From contig CAVXDO010000004.1 in assembly GCA_963760595.1 (NCBI GenBank), forward strand, positions 22,002 to 86,001: DNA of 64,000 bases, given 5' to 3'. The notes under the pieces were generated by a model. It was not told where the DNA came from. It saw only the letters and a list, made by a program, of their open reading frames with translations, and did not search any database. Of this stretch, positions 36,471 through 45,502 are shown piece by piece. Each line of letters opens with the position of its first letter. Position 1 is the first letter of the stretch. Origin of the DNA: Candidatus Bathyarchaeota archaeon. Its GTDB lineage: Archaea; Thermoproteota; Bathyarchaeia; Bathyarchaeales; Bathycorpusculaceae. Made by a program: the position numbers and the translations under genes.

Positions 36471-36631
36471 CACCCATACATGTGTCCACACGCGCGCGCA
36501 ACTGGCCAGCATTCAGCAATTGATCGATCGATCGCTGAGTGACCTGGCTATCCCAATCAGGCGCGTTTGAGACATATCCTGCTTCTTTTATATTCTCGCA
36601 AACGAAATGTCAAGTTCAGGGATGGTAGGTC

Positions 36632-37183
36632 TTGAATGGAAAATTCGACAACGTCAAGGTCATAAGGTTTCGAACTCTTTACAACAAACACAACAGGCAG
36701 GTTGTCGAGGATGTTCTAGAATTTGCTGACGGGTCAAGACATGAGTGGGTCTATTTCAAGACCTCAGGTGCTGTAGCAGTAGCAGCCTTCTCGCATGATA
36801 ATAAGATGATTCTCACGAAGCAGTATCGTTACCCTTTCGGACAGGTAATATACGATTTGCCTGCCGGAGGAATGGAGGAGGGAGAGACGCCGGAGCAGGC
36901 AGCCTTGAGAGAGTTGGAAGAAGAAACCGGCTACAGCGCCGAAAAGCTCGAATGGATTGGACGATTCACATGGGCACCAAGTAACATGGGCCCCGGAAAG
37001 GTCGAAATCTTCTTTACAAGAAGCCTTAAGCCGAAAGGTTTGTTCAATGCAGACGAAATAGTCGACATAGAGCTTGTTGATTTTGGCAGGGTGTTGGAAA
37101 AGGTGTTAACAGGAGAATACATTGATTCAGCCTTGGTTATAGCAACGCTGTTAGTGTCAGTCAGAGGTCTTCTCAATACGTAG
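36632..37183 (+). CDS. NUDIX hydrolase (ADP-ribose pyrophosphatase-like)
   Basis: Nudix box GGMEEGETPEQAALRELEEETGY. TTG start. Confidence 0.85.
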   Translation: MNGKFDNVKVIRFRTLYNKHNRQVVEDVLEFADGSRHEWVYFKTSGAVAVAAFSHDNKMILTKQYRYPFGQVIYDLPAGGMEEGETPEQAALRELEEETGYSAEKLEWIGRFTWAPSNMGPGKVEIFFTRSLKPKGLFNADEIVDIELVDFGRVLEKVLTGEYIDSALVIATLLVSVRGLLNT

Positions 37184-37237
37184 CTCTTGTCAACTTAATT
37201 AGTGGGGGCAATGTTAATGGTTCTTTATCCCCTGAAC

Positions 37238-37915
37238 TCAATGGATGCGAATTAGATCATAGGGAAAGACCAAAAGGAAGCAGCAAATTAGGGCAACTAT
37301 GAGAATCGTGAACACCGTCTCTGGAATTCGAGATGGACATTTTATTGGAAACATGAAGGGGACATCTCGTTTGTATCGATGAAAGCTCTCTCCAAATCGT
37401 TTCAGAAGATGCATTTCTTCGTACCTTGCTATACCGATGTAGCCAAGAACCTGTATCAGCCACAATCCTATGACTTGGAGCTGATTCCCGCCCAACGTCA
37501 GAACCATTACGGTTAGCCCCATAGTAATGATGATTATTCCAGTAAACTGGGGGTGCCTAATGATAGAATACGCGCCTGTTTCAATGAGTCCTTCACCCTT
37601 CGTGAGGTTCCAAAGGAACTGCGTTCCTGCGAGCAAGAACACCAAAAACCCAAGTAAAGCGATTATCCGACCAACCATAAACTCCCTAGCAAAAAACAGC
37701 ACCTGGATTTCGCGCTCAAGATACGCTTGCTCCTTCAAAAGATAAACCAAATAAGGCAACAACGGAATGGACATTACGCTGATGGACCAACCAGCGTTGA
37801 GTATAGTTTGGGTGCCTAACAAAAGAGCTGTCATCATGGCTTCAAGCAAATGTCTGATTTTTCCCTTAAGCGTCGAATTTTCCATGCTACCCCAAAAAAC
37901 CGGTAATCTTTGCAC
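37238..37915 (-). CDS. Isoprenylcysteine carboxyl methyltransferase (ICMT)/phospholipid methyltransferase-family membrane protein
   Basis: Multi-TM protein with GAYSIIRHPQFTGIIII...ARYEEMHLLKRFGESFHRYKRDVPFMFP. The probable true start is ATG 37885 (MENSTLKG). Confidence 0.7.
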   Translation of the reverse strand: MQRLPVFWGSMENSTLKGKIRHLLEAMMTALLLGTQTILNAGWSISVMSIPLLPYLVYLLKEQAYLEREIQVLFFAREFMVGRIIALLGFLVFLLAGTQFLWNLTKGEGLIETGAYSIIRHPQFTGIIIITMGLTVMVLTLGGNQLQVIGLWLIQVLGYIGIARYEEMHLLKRFGESFHRYKRDVPFMFPIKCPSRIPETVFTILIVALICCFLLVFPYDLIRIH

Positions 37916-38141
37916 GCTTATAAGTCCACCTTTTAGCGCGCATTACGACTTGTTACCTCTTACCATTCTTTCAACATTGCTCAGGTATGGCTCAAAGTCT
38001 CTGATTGCTACCTTTGGGGTCGTGAAAAAAGCGCGCCATACTGTGTAGCTACATATTTCGGATTCACAACTCCTAAGTAGGATTTCTTTCATTCTTTGTA
38101 ACGCTTGAAGTTGAACTTGTCCAACGGAGTATTCGCGAAAA

Positions 38142-40193
38142 ATGAACTTAGACCAGTTGTTGAGAGCCTTGTTCTGGACGGTCCCCTTTGCTGTCACGGT
38201 AGTTCTTTCTGTGTTTCTCCTATATTTATCGCGCAAGGATGGAGACAAACGCAAGATCATGTTCATGCTGTGCTTCGCGTTTGCGTCTGTTGGCTATTCC
38301 AATCTGATGCTTCAGAGATATGGGGTTCCTACCCTATGGGATAACAATTACAAGTGGTCTTTTGTCCCGGTAACTGCCGCAGCTATGATCGCGACCATGT
38401 CCAGTTTATTGAAACTCAAAAACTTCGACCGACCTTTCAAATGCTTCCTTTTCATCTTAGGCGCATCCATCGTTCTTCTGGTTTTTCCTAGCGCGGCCGA
38501 GGCTTTTCGCGTACCCTTGTTTGGTGCATTCGCATCGCTGTCTTTTCCGGCTTCAATATATCTGTTCGTAAAAAGACGAGACAATTCTGATCTAATGTTC
38601 TTTTTGGCTTTTTCTTGTTTCATTTTTTCATGGATCGCTCTGGATATTGGTTTGGCAGAGGAGATTACTGTTCTGCTCACTCTCTTCGGGATGGTATTCA
38701 CAGCTCTGATGTTCACTGTAACCAAGGACCGGATTGCCGGTGATTTGGCCTCTCCTTTCATCTTGCAGGGTGAATTGGAGAAGACCCGAGAAGATCTGAA
38801 GCAAACACAGAAGAGGGCATTAGAGGAGCTTGAAGCATCTGAAGAAAGATACAGGAGTCTGTGTGAAGACGCTAGGGTTCTCATGCTCAGACTGGACCGA
38901 AAAGGAAAAGTCACTTATGTAAACAGAATCGTGAAGGAGTATGGTCTGGAGAAAGAGGACATCCTTAGGAAGAGCATGCTCGCATTTGTGCCGAAAAAGG
39001 ACTGGTTGAGGCTATCCAGGGGCCATCTGAGAGTTATCCGAGGGAACATTGACGGGGGCCAGACAGAGATAGTCACTCCGAAAGGAAAGTTGATCGTAGA
39101 ATACAAAAGCAACCCGATACAAGACGCGCGCGGAAAGGTTGTTGGGTGTCAGACAGTTATACGAGATATCACTGAACAGAGGAAGATGGAAAGGCAACTC
39201 GCGGAACACGCAACGCAACTAGAAGCTAAGGTGGAAGAGAGAACTGCTGAGCTGAATGATGCTAATGCTCAAATCCGAAAACATGCGGGGCAACTTGAGG
39301 CAAAAGTGGAAGAAAGAACACGGGAATTAGTTGATGCTCAGAGAAAACTGTTGAAATCTGAGAGACTGGCTGCGATTGGTGAGTTGGCCGGAATGGTTGG
39401 TCATGATCTGCGCAACCCGCTGACCGGCATTGCAGGAGCCGCATATTATCTGAAAGCAAAATATGATTCCAAGATTGATGAAAAAGGCAAAGAAATGCTG
39501 GAGATCATCGAGAAAAGTGTAGAGTATTCAGACAAAATCATCAGCGATTTGCTGGATTACTCAAGAGAGATGAGACTGGAATTGGCTGAAACTACACCAA
39601 AATCAATGTTGAAAGAGGCATATTCCAGTTTGGAGATTCCTCAAAACATCCAAGTGCAAGACGAAACTGAAGACAAGCCAAGAATGAGGGCTGACGTGCA
39701 AAAAATGAAAAGAGTCTTCGTCAACATAATCCAAAACGCTTTCGACGCTATGCACAAAGGCGGAATATTAGCAATTGGAAGTGAAGAGATAGAGAAGCAC
39801 GTGTCCTTCAGCTTCACAGATACTGGAACTGGAATAAGTACGGAAGCGCTGGGGAAACTGTGGACGCCACTCTTCACTACAAAAGCAAAGGGCATGGGGT
39901 TCGGTTTGCCCGTATGCAAAAGAATAGTGGAGGCACACGGAGGCACTATCTCCGTAGAAAGCACCGTTGGGAAAGGAACCACCTTTAGGATAAACGTTCC
40001 GATTGAACCCGGAACCAAGGAAACCAAGGATGTTTGGGTGAACCTTCCAGAAACGACACAACTGGAAAAGGAAGATAACCACGGCAGAGTAGCCCGCGTG
40101 CTAATCCACAAAAATCGGACATGTCGAAAAAGTGACAACTACTCGAAATGGCTACGGAGAGGCCAATATTTCCGCATAATCCTGATCTCATAA
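38142..40193 (+). CDS. Membrane sensor histidine kinase (multi-TM N-terminus, PAS, coiled coil, HisKA, HATPase_c)
   Basis: About 6 N-terminal TM segments. PAS-like region KGKVTYVNRIVKEYGLEKEDILRKSM. H-box GMVGHDLRNPLT. N/G boxes NIIQNAFDAM, DTGTGI, GMGFGLPVC. The about 60-aa tail after the ATPase domain has no similarity to anything. Confidence 0.85.
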   Translation: MNLDQLLRALFWTVPFAVTVVLSVFLLYLSRKDGDKRKIMFMLCFAFASVGYSNLMLQRYGVPTLWDNNYKWSFVPVTAAAMIATMSSLLKLKNFDRPFKCFLFILGASIVLLVFPSAAEAFRVPLFGAFASLSFPASIYLFVKRRDNSDLMFFLAFSCFIFSWIALDIGLAEEITVLLTLFGMVFTALMFTVTKDRIAGDLASPFILQGELEKTREDLKQTQKRALEELEASEERYRSLCEDARVLMLRLDRKGKVTYVNRIVKEYGLEKEDILRKSMLAFVPKKDWLRLSRGHLRVIRGNIDGGQTEIVTPKGKLIVEYKSNPIQDARGKVVGCQTVIRDITEQRKMERQLAEHATQLEAKVEERTAELNDANAQIRKHAGQLEAKVEERTRELVDAQRKLLKSERLAAIGELAGMVGHDLRNPLTGIAGAAYYLKAKYDSKIDEKGKEMLEIIEKSVEYSDKIISDLLDYSREMRLELAETTPKSMLKEAYSSLEIPQNIQVQDETEDKPRMRADVQKMKRVFVNIIQNAFDAMHKGGILAIGSEEIEKHVSFSFTDTGTGISTEALGKLWTPLFTTKAKGMGFGLPVCKRIVEAHGGTISVESTVGKGTTFRINVPIEPGTKETKDVWVNLPETTQLEKEDNHGRVARVLIHKNRTCRKSDNYSKWLRRGQYFRIILIS

Positions 40194-40358
40194 TAAGTGT
40201 TGGAAAAAGACCCGAAGACAGAATTTTCATTGAATACGTCAACAACTCCCGTAATCTCGATTTCTTTTCGGGCATCTAACATCTCCATGATCATCTTATG
40301 ATGGAAACACTGTGCCAGATGAATAAATCGAATCGAGTTTGTTGAGTTTTTCCATTAC

Positions 40359-40910
40359 TTAAGAGATTGTTTCTTTGAGGAAGTTTGTTATGATTTCCGG
40401 GTTTAGGGCTTCTGGGTGGAATAGGCAACCGTAGAATCTTTGTTGCTTGTGTTTGATCATGCACTTCAGAGTTCCAGATTGGGCGAGTGTCTCAAAGTTA
40501 TCCCTTGGTTCTACAGCTTTGGAGTTCAGAAAATAGGAGTAAAACCTGTCTTTGGACGTTAAAGAGTTCTTTCGAACAACTTTGACACAGTATCGGCCTA
40601 CTGTTGTGTTTTCAATCAGCTTACCGCCCAAGACCAAAGCAAGAATCTGCATCCCTGCACAAATTCCCAGTATAGGCTTAGGAGACTCTCCTATCCAGTT
40701 AAATCTGTCAACATCTGCTAGGTACTTAAAGTCTTTCAGCGCCGTTCCGCATATGATTACTCTCTCCGCTTTGCCAAGGTCACCTTTTCCTATGTTCATG
40801 TAGTGTTTCGTGAAGAAAGCCGTGTTTGCCCTCTTAAATACATCCTCGACGGGCTTGACGAACTCGAAATAGGACAGTCTGTCGGCGCAAACGTCGATTA
40901 TCAGCATCAC
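40359..40910 (-). CDS. Class-I glutamine amidotransferase
   Basis: ILGICAGMQILALVLGG (nucleophile elbow Cys) and CLFHPE (His/Glu of the triad). Its ATG overlaps the stop of the upstream PP-loop ATPase reading frame (ATGA). Confidence 0.8.
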   Translation of the reverse strand: MMLIIDVCADRLSYFEFVKPVEDVFKRANTAFFTKHYMNIGKGDLGKAERVIICGTALKDFKYLADVDRFNWIGESPKPILGICAGMQILALVLGGKLIENTTVGRYCVKVVRKNSLTSKDRFYSYFLNSKAVEPRDNFETLAQSGTLKCMIKHKQQRFYGCLFHPEALNPEIITNFLKETIS

Positions 40911-41589
40911 TTTTCTATCAACCTCAATTCCTTTATCCTGAATGTGCCCGCGTAGTCCTTGTACGAAGTGTCGGAACTGAGGATCTCTATCTTCTTCTTG
41001 AAGAAAGGCGCGTCAGTGACCGTAGTCTCTATTTCTCCTCCCTCGCCCGCAGGGTTAATCCCGTATTCATCCTTCAACCTTTCGAGTTCTCGAATCAGGC
41101 CAGCATCAAGCCTTCTGCCCAGATACTCCTTACCCAGAGGGTAAGCGAAAACCCCCGTTATGACGACTGAGAAACCGTTCTCCACGACTTCATTCAGAAG
41201 CTCGATTTCGTCTTTCAGCCACAGGGGATTGAAGCACCAAAGACCCAGTTTCCTGCAGACCCTCTGAACTCGGCATCGACTGATAGATCGATCTCACAGC
41301 GCCCGTGACCACTCCTTCCAGTTCAAACTCGCTTCTGGCTCTGATGAGGACCTTTTCCAAGTCTTTCAGTTCCTCTCTCTTTCTCTCCTCTCGTTCTTCT
41401 TTGAACCGAAGGCAATCCGATGGCTTCCGCCTGTTGCTTGGTGATCTCGATGTTTGGAGTGTGAAACATGTAGCTCTCTTCGCTCTCGGGAATCAGACTG
41501 ATCAGGCAAACCACGTCGTGAAAGCCGAGGGCCTTCTGCAGAGCGAGGCACGAATCTTTTCCCCCTGAGAAAAGCACTCCAACTTTCAT
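40907..41589 (-). pseudogene. Dph6/MJ0570-type PP-loop ATP pyrophosphatase (diphthine-ammonia ligase-like) interrupted by two frameshifts
   Basis: Frame 1 (41589 to about 41377) reads MKVGVLFSGGKDSCLALQKALGFHDVVCLISLIPESEESYMFHTPNIEITKQQAEAIGLPSVQRRTRGEKE. Frame 2 (about 41375-41275) reads EELKDLEKVLIRARSEFELEGVVTGAVRSIYQS. Frame 3 (about 41272-40907) reads RVQRVCRKLGLWCFNPLWLKDEIELLNEVVENGFSVVITGVFAYPLGKEYLG...GINPAGEGGEIETTVTDAPFF. The concatenation is collinear with MJ0570-family proteins as I remember them. Confidence 0.75.
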
Positions 41590-41686
41590 GAAGAATTATT
41601 CATTGCTCCGCGTATAAAGGCGTTCCAGATGTAGAAACGTCGTGCTGCCATGGAACAGTGTGTTCTATGTCTTGTTGGAGAATTGT

Positions 41687-42799
41687 TCAAGCTTTTTCAG
41701 AACGTCCATCCGAGTTGGCGAGAGATCGCACCCATTCTCTCCTCTCCCACAGGGCACAACCGTGGGTTTCTTGAAGTTGTCCATGATTTTCCCTGATTGT
41801 CCTCAACATCTTCGATTGAAGAGCTTCCTTCAGCGACACATCCTTAAGATTTGTGTCTGAGTATGGAACGAAAGGACAGGGTTCAACGTTGCCCTCTGCG
41901 CTGATATGGACAAAACCTCGTCCAGCTGACAAACATCCGCCGATGTCATCCTCATCCCACGGGAGTGCGATGAACAAGGCCGGGAATTTGGCTCGAAAAG
42001 CGTTTCTAATTCTTATCATTTCTGATCTCTGCTCCTGAGTGAGCACCCAGTCCTCGGTGCCCTCCTTGACCGGAGTGTATTCGACTAGCATGAACAGCCT
42101 GCACCCGGCGCTGACTAATTCTTTGATGTAACCCTCGTCCGTAACCTCATTGAAGTTGAACCTTGTCACGGTTAAAGAAGTACCCCAAAAGACGCCCTTC
42201 TTTTTCAGCTTGGCAATAGATTGGAGCACCTTGTCATAGACCCCCGCTCCTCGTCGGCCGTCGGTGTCGTTCTCGTAACCTTCCATGCTGACCAGAGGCA
42301 CCACGTTTCTTTTCTCAGTCATTTTTCGAATAACAGCATCGTTGAGCAACAGGCCATTGGTGAATACAAGAAACATGATCTCGGGATAGTCTCTAGTTAT
42401 GTCTAGGACATTCGATCGCATCAATGGTTCTCCTCCGGCAAACACGATGAAAGAGATTCCGAGTTCCTTTGCCTCTGCTATTGCCTTCTTCAGTCTCTCA
42501 TCGCTCAACTCGGTCTCGGAAGACTGGCGCAAGGCATGGTGGTAGCAGCCCTCGCAGTTGAGATTGCACTTGCTTGTTACGCTGAATATCAGAATGGGCG
42601 GGACGTGAATCCCCATATTCTCCCATCTCGACCTTATCCCGGCAGCCTTTTTCTGCCAATTCAGAGTCCGCAAAAAGAAAGCTGCTTGCGACGGATGCCT
42701 AAAGACCGTCCGCAACGCGTCTTTGAAGAATACGTTCAAAGATTCATTAATGATTCTGCTGAAGTAAGCTTTATCCCCTGCTCTTGAAGTCGAAGCCAA
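41687..42799 (-). CDS. Radical SAM protein with Cys-rich (SPASM/twitch-like) C-terminal region
   Basis: FSVTSKCNLNCEGCYH (CxxxCxxC), FAGGEPL, and C-terminal GGCLSAGRGFVHISAEGNVEPCPF...HGCALW. TTG start. About 70-aa N-terminal extension. Confidence 0.8.
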   Translation of the reverse strand: MASTSRAGDKAYFSRIINESLNVFFKDALRTVFRHPSQAAFFLRTLNWQKKAAGIRSRWENMGIHVPPILIFSVTSKCNLNCEGCYHHALRQSSETELSDERLKKAIAEAKELGISFIVFAGGEPLMRSNVLDITRDYPEIMFLVFTNGLLLNDAVIRKMTEKRNVVPLVSMEGYENDTDGRRGAGVYDKVLQSIAKLKKKGVFWGTSLTVTRFNFNEVTDEGYIKELVSAGCRLFMLVEYTPVKEGTEDWVLTQEQRSEMIRIRNAFRAKFPALFIALPWDEDDIGGCLSAGRGFVHISAEGNVEPCPFVPYSDTNLKDVSLKEALQSKMLRTIRENHGQLQETHGCALWERREWVRSLANSDGRSEKA

Positions 42800-42916
42800 T
42801 CCTCCAGTCCTCCATCACGGAAATAGCCCAACGCATCTTCAAATAGGTTCTGCCGCGAGAACCGTCTTTTGACCATAGAAGTGACGAAGGCAAATCACCT
42901 TGCAGAAAACCTTTTG

Positions 42917-43534
42917 CTACCATTTGTTGAAGCGCATTTTCTCCTTCAACACTACCGGGTTCTGTTTTACGGAATATTCTTGCGGGTAGCCTACTGGGAT
43001 CAGCGTTGCCACGTCGTAGTCGTCTGGGACTTCCAGGATTTTTTTGAGTGATGATGTCTCGTGGGGTATGTAGGTCACTCCATAGAGTCCCTCCGCTGCC
43101 ATCGCAAGTAAAATGTTCTCAATGCAAGCCCACACCGAAGCAAAATTGTTCAATTCGTAGAGTGTCTTGCACTCTCTGAGCGGCTTCCTCATCCTGAAAC
43201 ACACCACAAGCAGCTCTGGCGAGCTCAGCAGCATCCTCTTCTGAACGGGTAAGGCTCTCAGATACATTTCCCTCTGCAGATCATCCGTCAAATCCCTAAC
43301 AGCTTCCTCCAATCGATCTTCCTCTTCCACATCCTCTGCCCCCGCGCCCGCCTCAACAACTCTCACTCGCTGCTCCAAATCCTTCACCAAAATGAACTCC
43401 CACTCTCTAAGATGGTTGTGGCTCGGCGCTTTCAACCCAGCCTCAAGAACTCGCTCAAGCTTGTCTGCCTCAACGAGCTTCGACCGGAATTCTCTGACGC
43501 TTCTTCTCTTGTTGACAACTTCGTAGAAATCCAT
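42917..43534 (-). CDS. Nitroreductase-family flavoprotein
   Basis: MDFYEVVNKRRSVREFRSKLVEADKLERVLEAGLKAPSHNHLREWEFILV and ...LIPVGYP. Confidence 0.8.
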   Translation of the reverse strand: MDFYEVVNKRRSVREFRSKLVEADKLERVLEAGLKAPSHNHLREWEFILVKDLEQRVRVVEAGAGAEDVEEEDRLEEAVRDLTDDLQREMYLRALPVQKRMLLSSPELLVVCFRMRKPLRECKTLYELNNFASVWACIENILLAMAAEGLYGVTYIPHETSSLKKILEVPDDYDVATLIPVGYPQEYSVKQNPVVLKEKMRFNKW

Positions 43535-43594
43535 GCCATCCCCCTAACATGTGCTGTTTGCTTTCACACTTGTTCAAAAAAGCTTTGCCGTCCA

Positions 43595-44302
43595 CTAGTC
43601 CGTGTACGAGACGATCTCGTTGAGCTCCTTCCTAGAAGGCAGAGGCGGTTCTGTCCTCGTATATCCGAGCTGAATCATGCAGGCGATTCTGTCCGTTGGG
43701 TTCACGTCTAGAATTTGCTTAAGCCCATTCTCTTCTCTGGTGTTCAGGAATGTGTAGACGCAGCTGCCAAGTCCCTCGTCCGTAGCGGCCAACAACATAT
43801 TCTCAACAGCCATCCAAACGGAGCCCGCTACAAGCTCATCTCTCACGTTCTCCGGCGAACTGTAACACACCACAACTAGCACAGGGACATCTTTCATGTA
43901 CGATTTATCCCATGTTCCACCTCGTGCAGCAAGATACTTGGCTCGTTCTGGTGGGAACTGCTTCCAATGCTTCTTACTGAACCTCGTGCAGCTCTGTGCT
44001 ATCTTGGCTTTGACCTCGGCATTAGTAACCACTACAAAACGCCAAGGCTGACTGTTGCCAGCAGAGGGAGCCCAACGCCCAGCTTCAAGCACATTTCTGA
44101 GAGCTTTGCTTGGAACAGGATCTTTCTTGAATTTCCTGACACTCCTTCTCTTAACAACCACGTCTTTGAATTCCAAGTGTAGTGCTCCTCTTTCAACACG
44201 AGATTCAAAACAGCTTACAAGTCTTTCGGAAGAAGTCACTTCTCTTGACCTCGTTGGAGGCGTAGCGTTAATGTTCATAATCGTAGCTGCAATTGGTGAC
44301 AC
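43595..44302 (-). CDS. Nitroreductase-family flavoprotein
   Basis: VVKRRSVRKFKKDPVPSKALRNVLEAGRWAPSAGNSQPWRFVVV ... IQLGY. The about 45-aa N-terminal extension in the ORF is probably not all coding, so the start is uncertain. Confidence 0.78.
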   Translation of the reverse strand: MSPIAATIMNINATPPTRSREVTSSERLVSCFESRVERGALHLEFKDVVVKRRSVRKFKKDPVPSKALRNVLEAGRWAPSAGNSQPWRFVVVTNAEVKAKIAQSCTRFSKKHWKQFPPERAKYLAARGGTWDKSYMKDVPVLVVVCYSSPENVRDELVAGSVWMAVENMLLAATDEGLGSCVYTFLNTREENGLKQILDVNPTDRIACMIQLGYTRTEPPLPSRKELNEIVSYTD

Positions 44303-44514
44303 AATTATCTGGTTGAATCAAGAGACTCGAAACACGCTGGATGACAAGGGCACTTGGCTCTATTTTGAACCGTTTGATTTTCCACAAATCGAAGCTGAGA
44401 ACGAATGCCAGCAATAGACCCGAAACGTTTTCCAGCTAATTATGAGCCCGCTTGGAACAGAAACACATGAGGCCATCGGGCCGAAATGGAAACATGCGAC
44501 TGAAGAAGCTTGCT

Positions 44515-45051
44515 CTAGCGTTGAGGCTGGATTTTGCTGATACGCAATGTAACGTTCACGTCTATGTCAGCTTTGCTCGCATTCTGAATCATGCAGTAGA
44601 ACTTGCCCGGTTTGCTAGGAATGAAATTGATTTTTATCTTGGACGCGTGTTCAGTCCCGTATTCGTGTTTAAAATCCTCGCCAGCCTCGTATCTAGCAAA
44701 ATTGCGAGGAGTAGCAAAGTACACGTTGAAGTAATCCTCTGAGAAAATCTCTCCAGTTACCTTCTCATTCTCACCCACTGTAAAATTATAGTAACTGCAG
44801 CTCTTTTTGGAGACGAGTATGGACTCTTCCCACAAAAGCCCCTCTTCGCTTTCCAGTTTTGGCTGTTCAAGCTTGCACGTCTCACCTTTACCTGTTTCTC
44901 TTCTTTCAACTGCAAGAATCACGCTGACAACTCCAATAACCGTTGCCGCCAATGTTCCAGCAGATTGCCAAGGCAAAACGTTAACGACCCCGAGCGAAAC
45001 AAACAAGACTGAAACCGCGATACCAACACCAGCAGCCACCCTTACATCCAT
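44515..45051 (-). CDS. Hypothetical membrane-anchored protein (two N-terminal TM segments plus about 115-aa beta-rich domain)
   Basis: AAGVGIAVSVLFVSLGVVNVL and LAATVIGVVSVILAV are followed by a soluble domain. No motif recognised. Confidence 0.5.
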   Translation of the reverse strand: MDVRVAAGVGIAVSVLFVSLGVVNVLPWQSAGTLAATVIGVVSVILAVERRETGKGETCKLEQPKLESEEGLLWEESILVSKKSCSYYNFTVGENEKVTGEIFSEDYFNVYFATPRNFARYEAGEDFKHEYGTEHASKIKINFIPSKPGKFYCMIQNASKADIDVNVTLRISKIQPQR

Positions 45052-45502
45052 GTGTCTCCCTCACATCCCATTACGAATGTCTTCCACACAACCAGAAATC
45101 AACCAAGTCATATTTACTATTTCCGCGCTCACAGACATGCAGATACAACTATGGAACCGCAGGGTATTACTACACGAATTATATAGTGGACGTAAGGACC
45201 ACTGCAAACGTTTACAATGTTTCAGACAAGACAGACCCTCAACTGTTGAGAACTTTCACGATGAGCGGAGTTACTTCAACTCCAGAACAATAGGAAAATA
45301 CGCTTCTTCGTCGTAACTCAACCCACCTACGTCATTTTTGACACTGCCATTCTCCCAAAGATCTACTCAAGCGGCAAGCCCGAAGAGATACCCGCCTCCG
45401 AAATCTACTACTCCAACACGTCTGACAACTACTACATTTTCACGACATTCATTGCAATAAACATGCAAGACACATCGGAAGAGCCAGCCCACATGTCCAT
45501 CA

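Noticed and set aside
39205-39350. Internal near-duplicate in the histidine kinase (QLEAKVEERTAEL... and QLEAKVEERTREL...).
   Set aside because: It is an in-frame duplication of a coiled-coil heptad segment between the PAS and HisKA domains. This is common in sensor kinases and is not a mobile or regulatory DNA repeat.
42800-42921. 50-codon minus-strand ORF (MVAKGFLQGDLPSS...) between the nitroreductase and the radical SAM gene, as a candidate RiPP precursor peptide.
   Set aside because: It overlaps both the stop of the upstream gene and the start of the radical SAM gene. It has no Cys/Gly/Ser-rich core or leader-like features, so it is most likely spurious.
44515-45051. The membrane-anchored beta-rich protein next to a dockerin-bearing gene, considered as a candidate cohesin/scaffoldin.
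   Set aside because: The soluble domain is only about 115 aa and I see no cohesin-like sequence pattern. It is kept only as a candidate to test under the dockerin finding.
45060-45500. Stop-free plus-strand stretches translating to protein-like sequence (YGTAGYYYTNYIVDVRTTANVYNVSDKTDPQLLRTF... and, in another frame, RFFVVTQPTYVIFDTAILPKIYSSGKPEEIPASEIYYSNTSDNYYIF...). These could be a relic of a gene disrupted by the MITE-like element.
   Set aside because: There is no start codon and no recognisable family motif. The frames change between segments. I cannot distinguish this from chance open frames without a translated database search.
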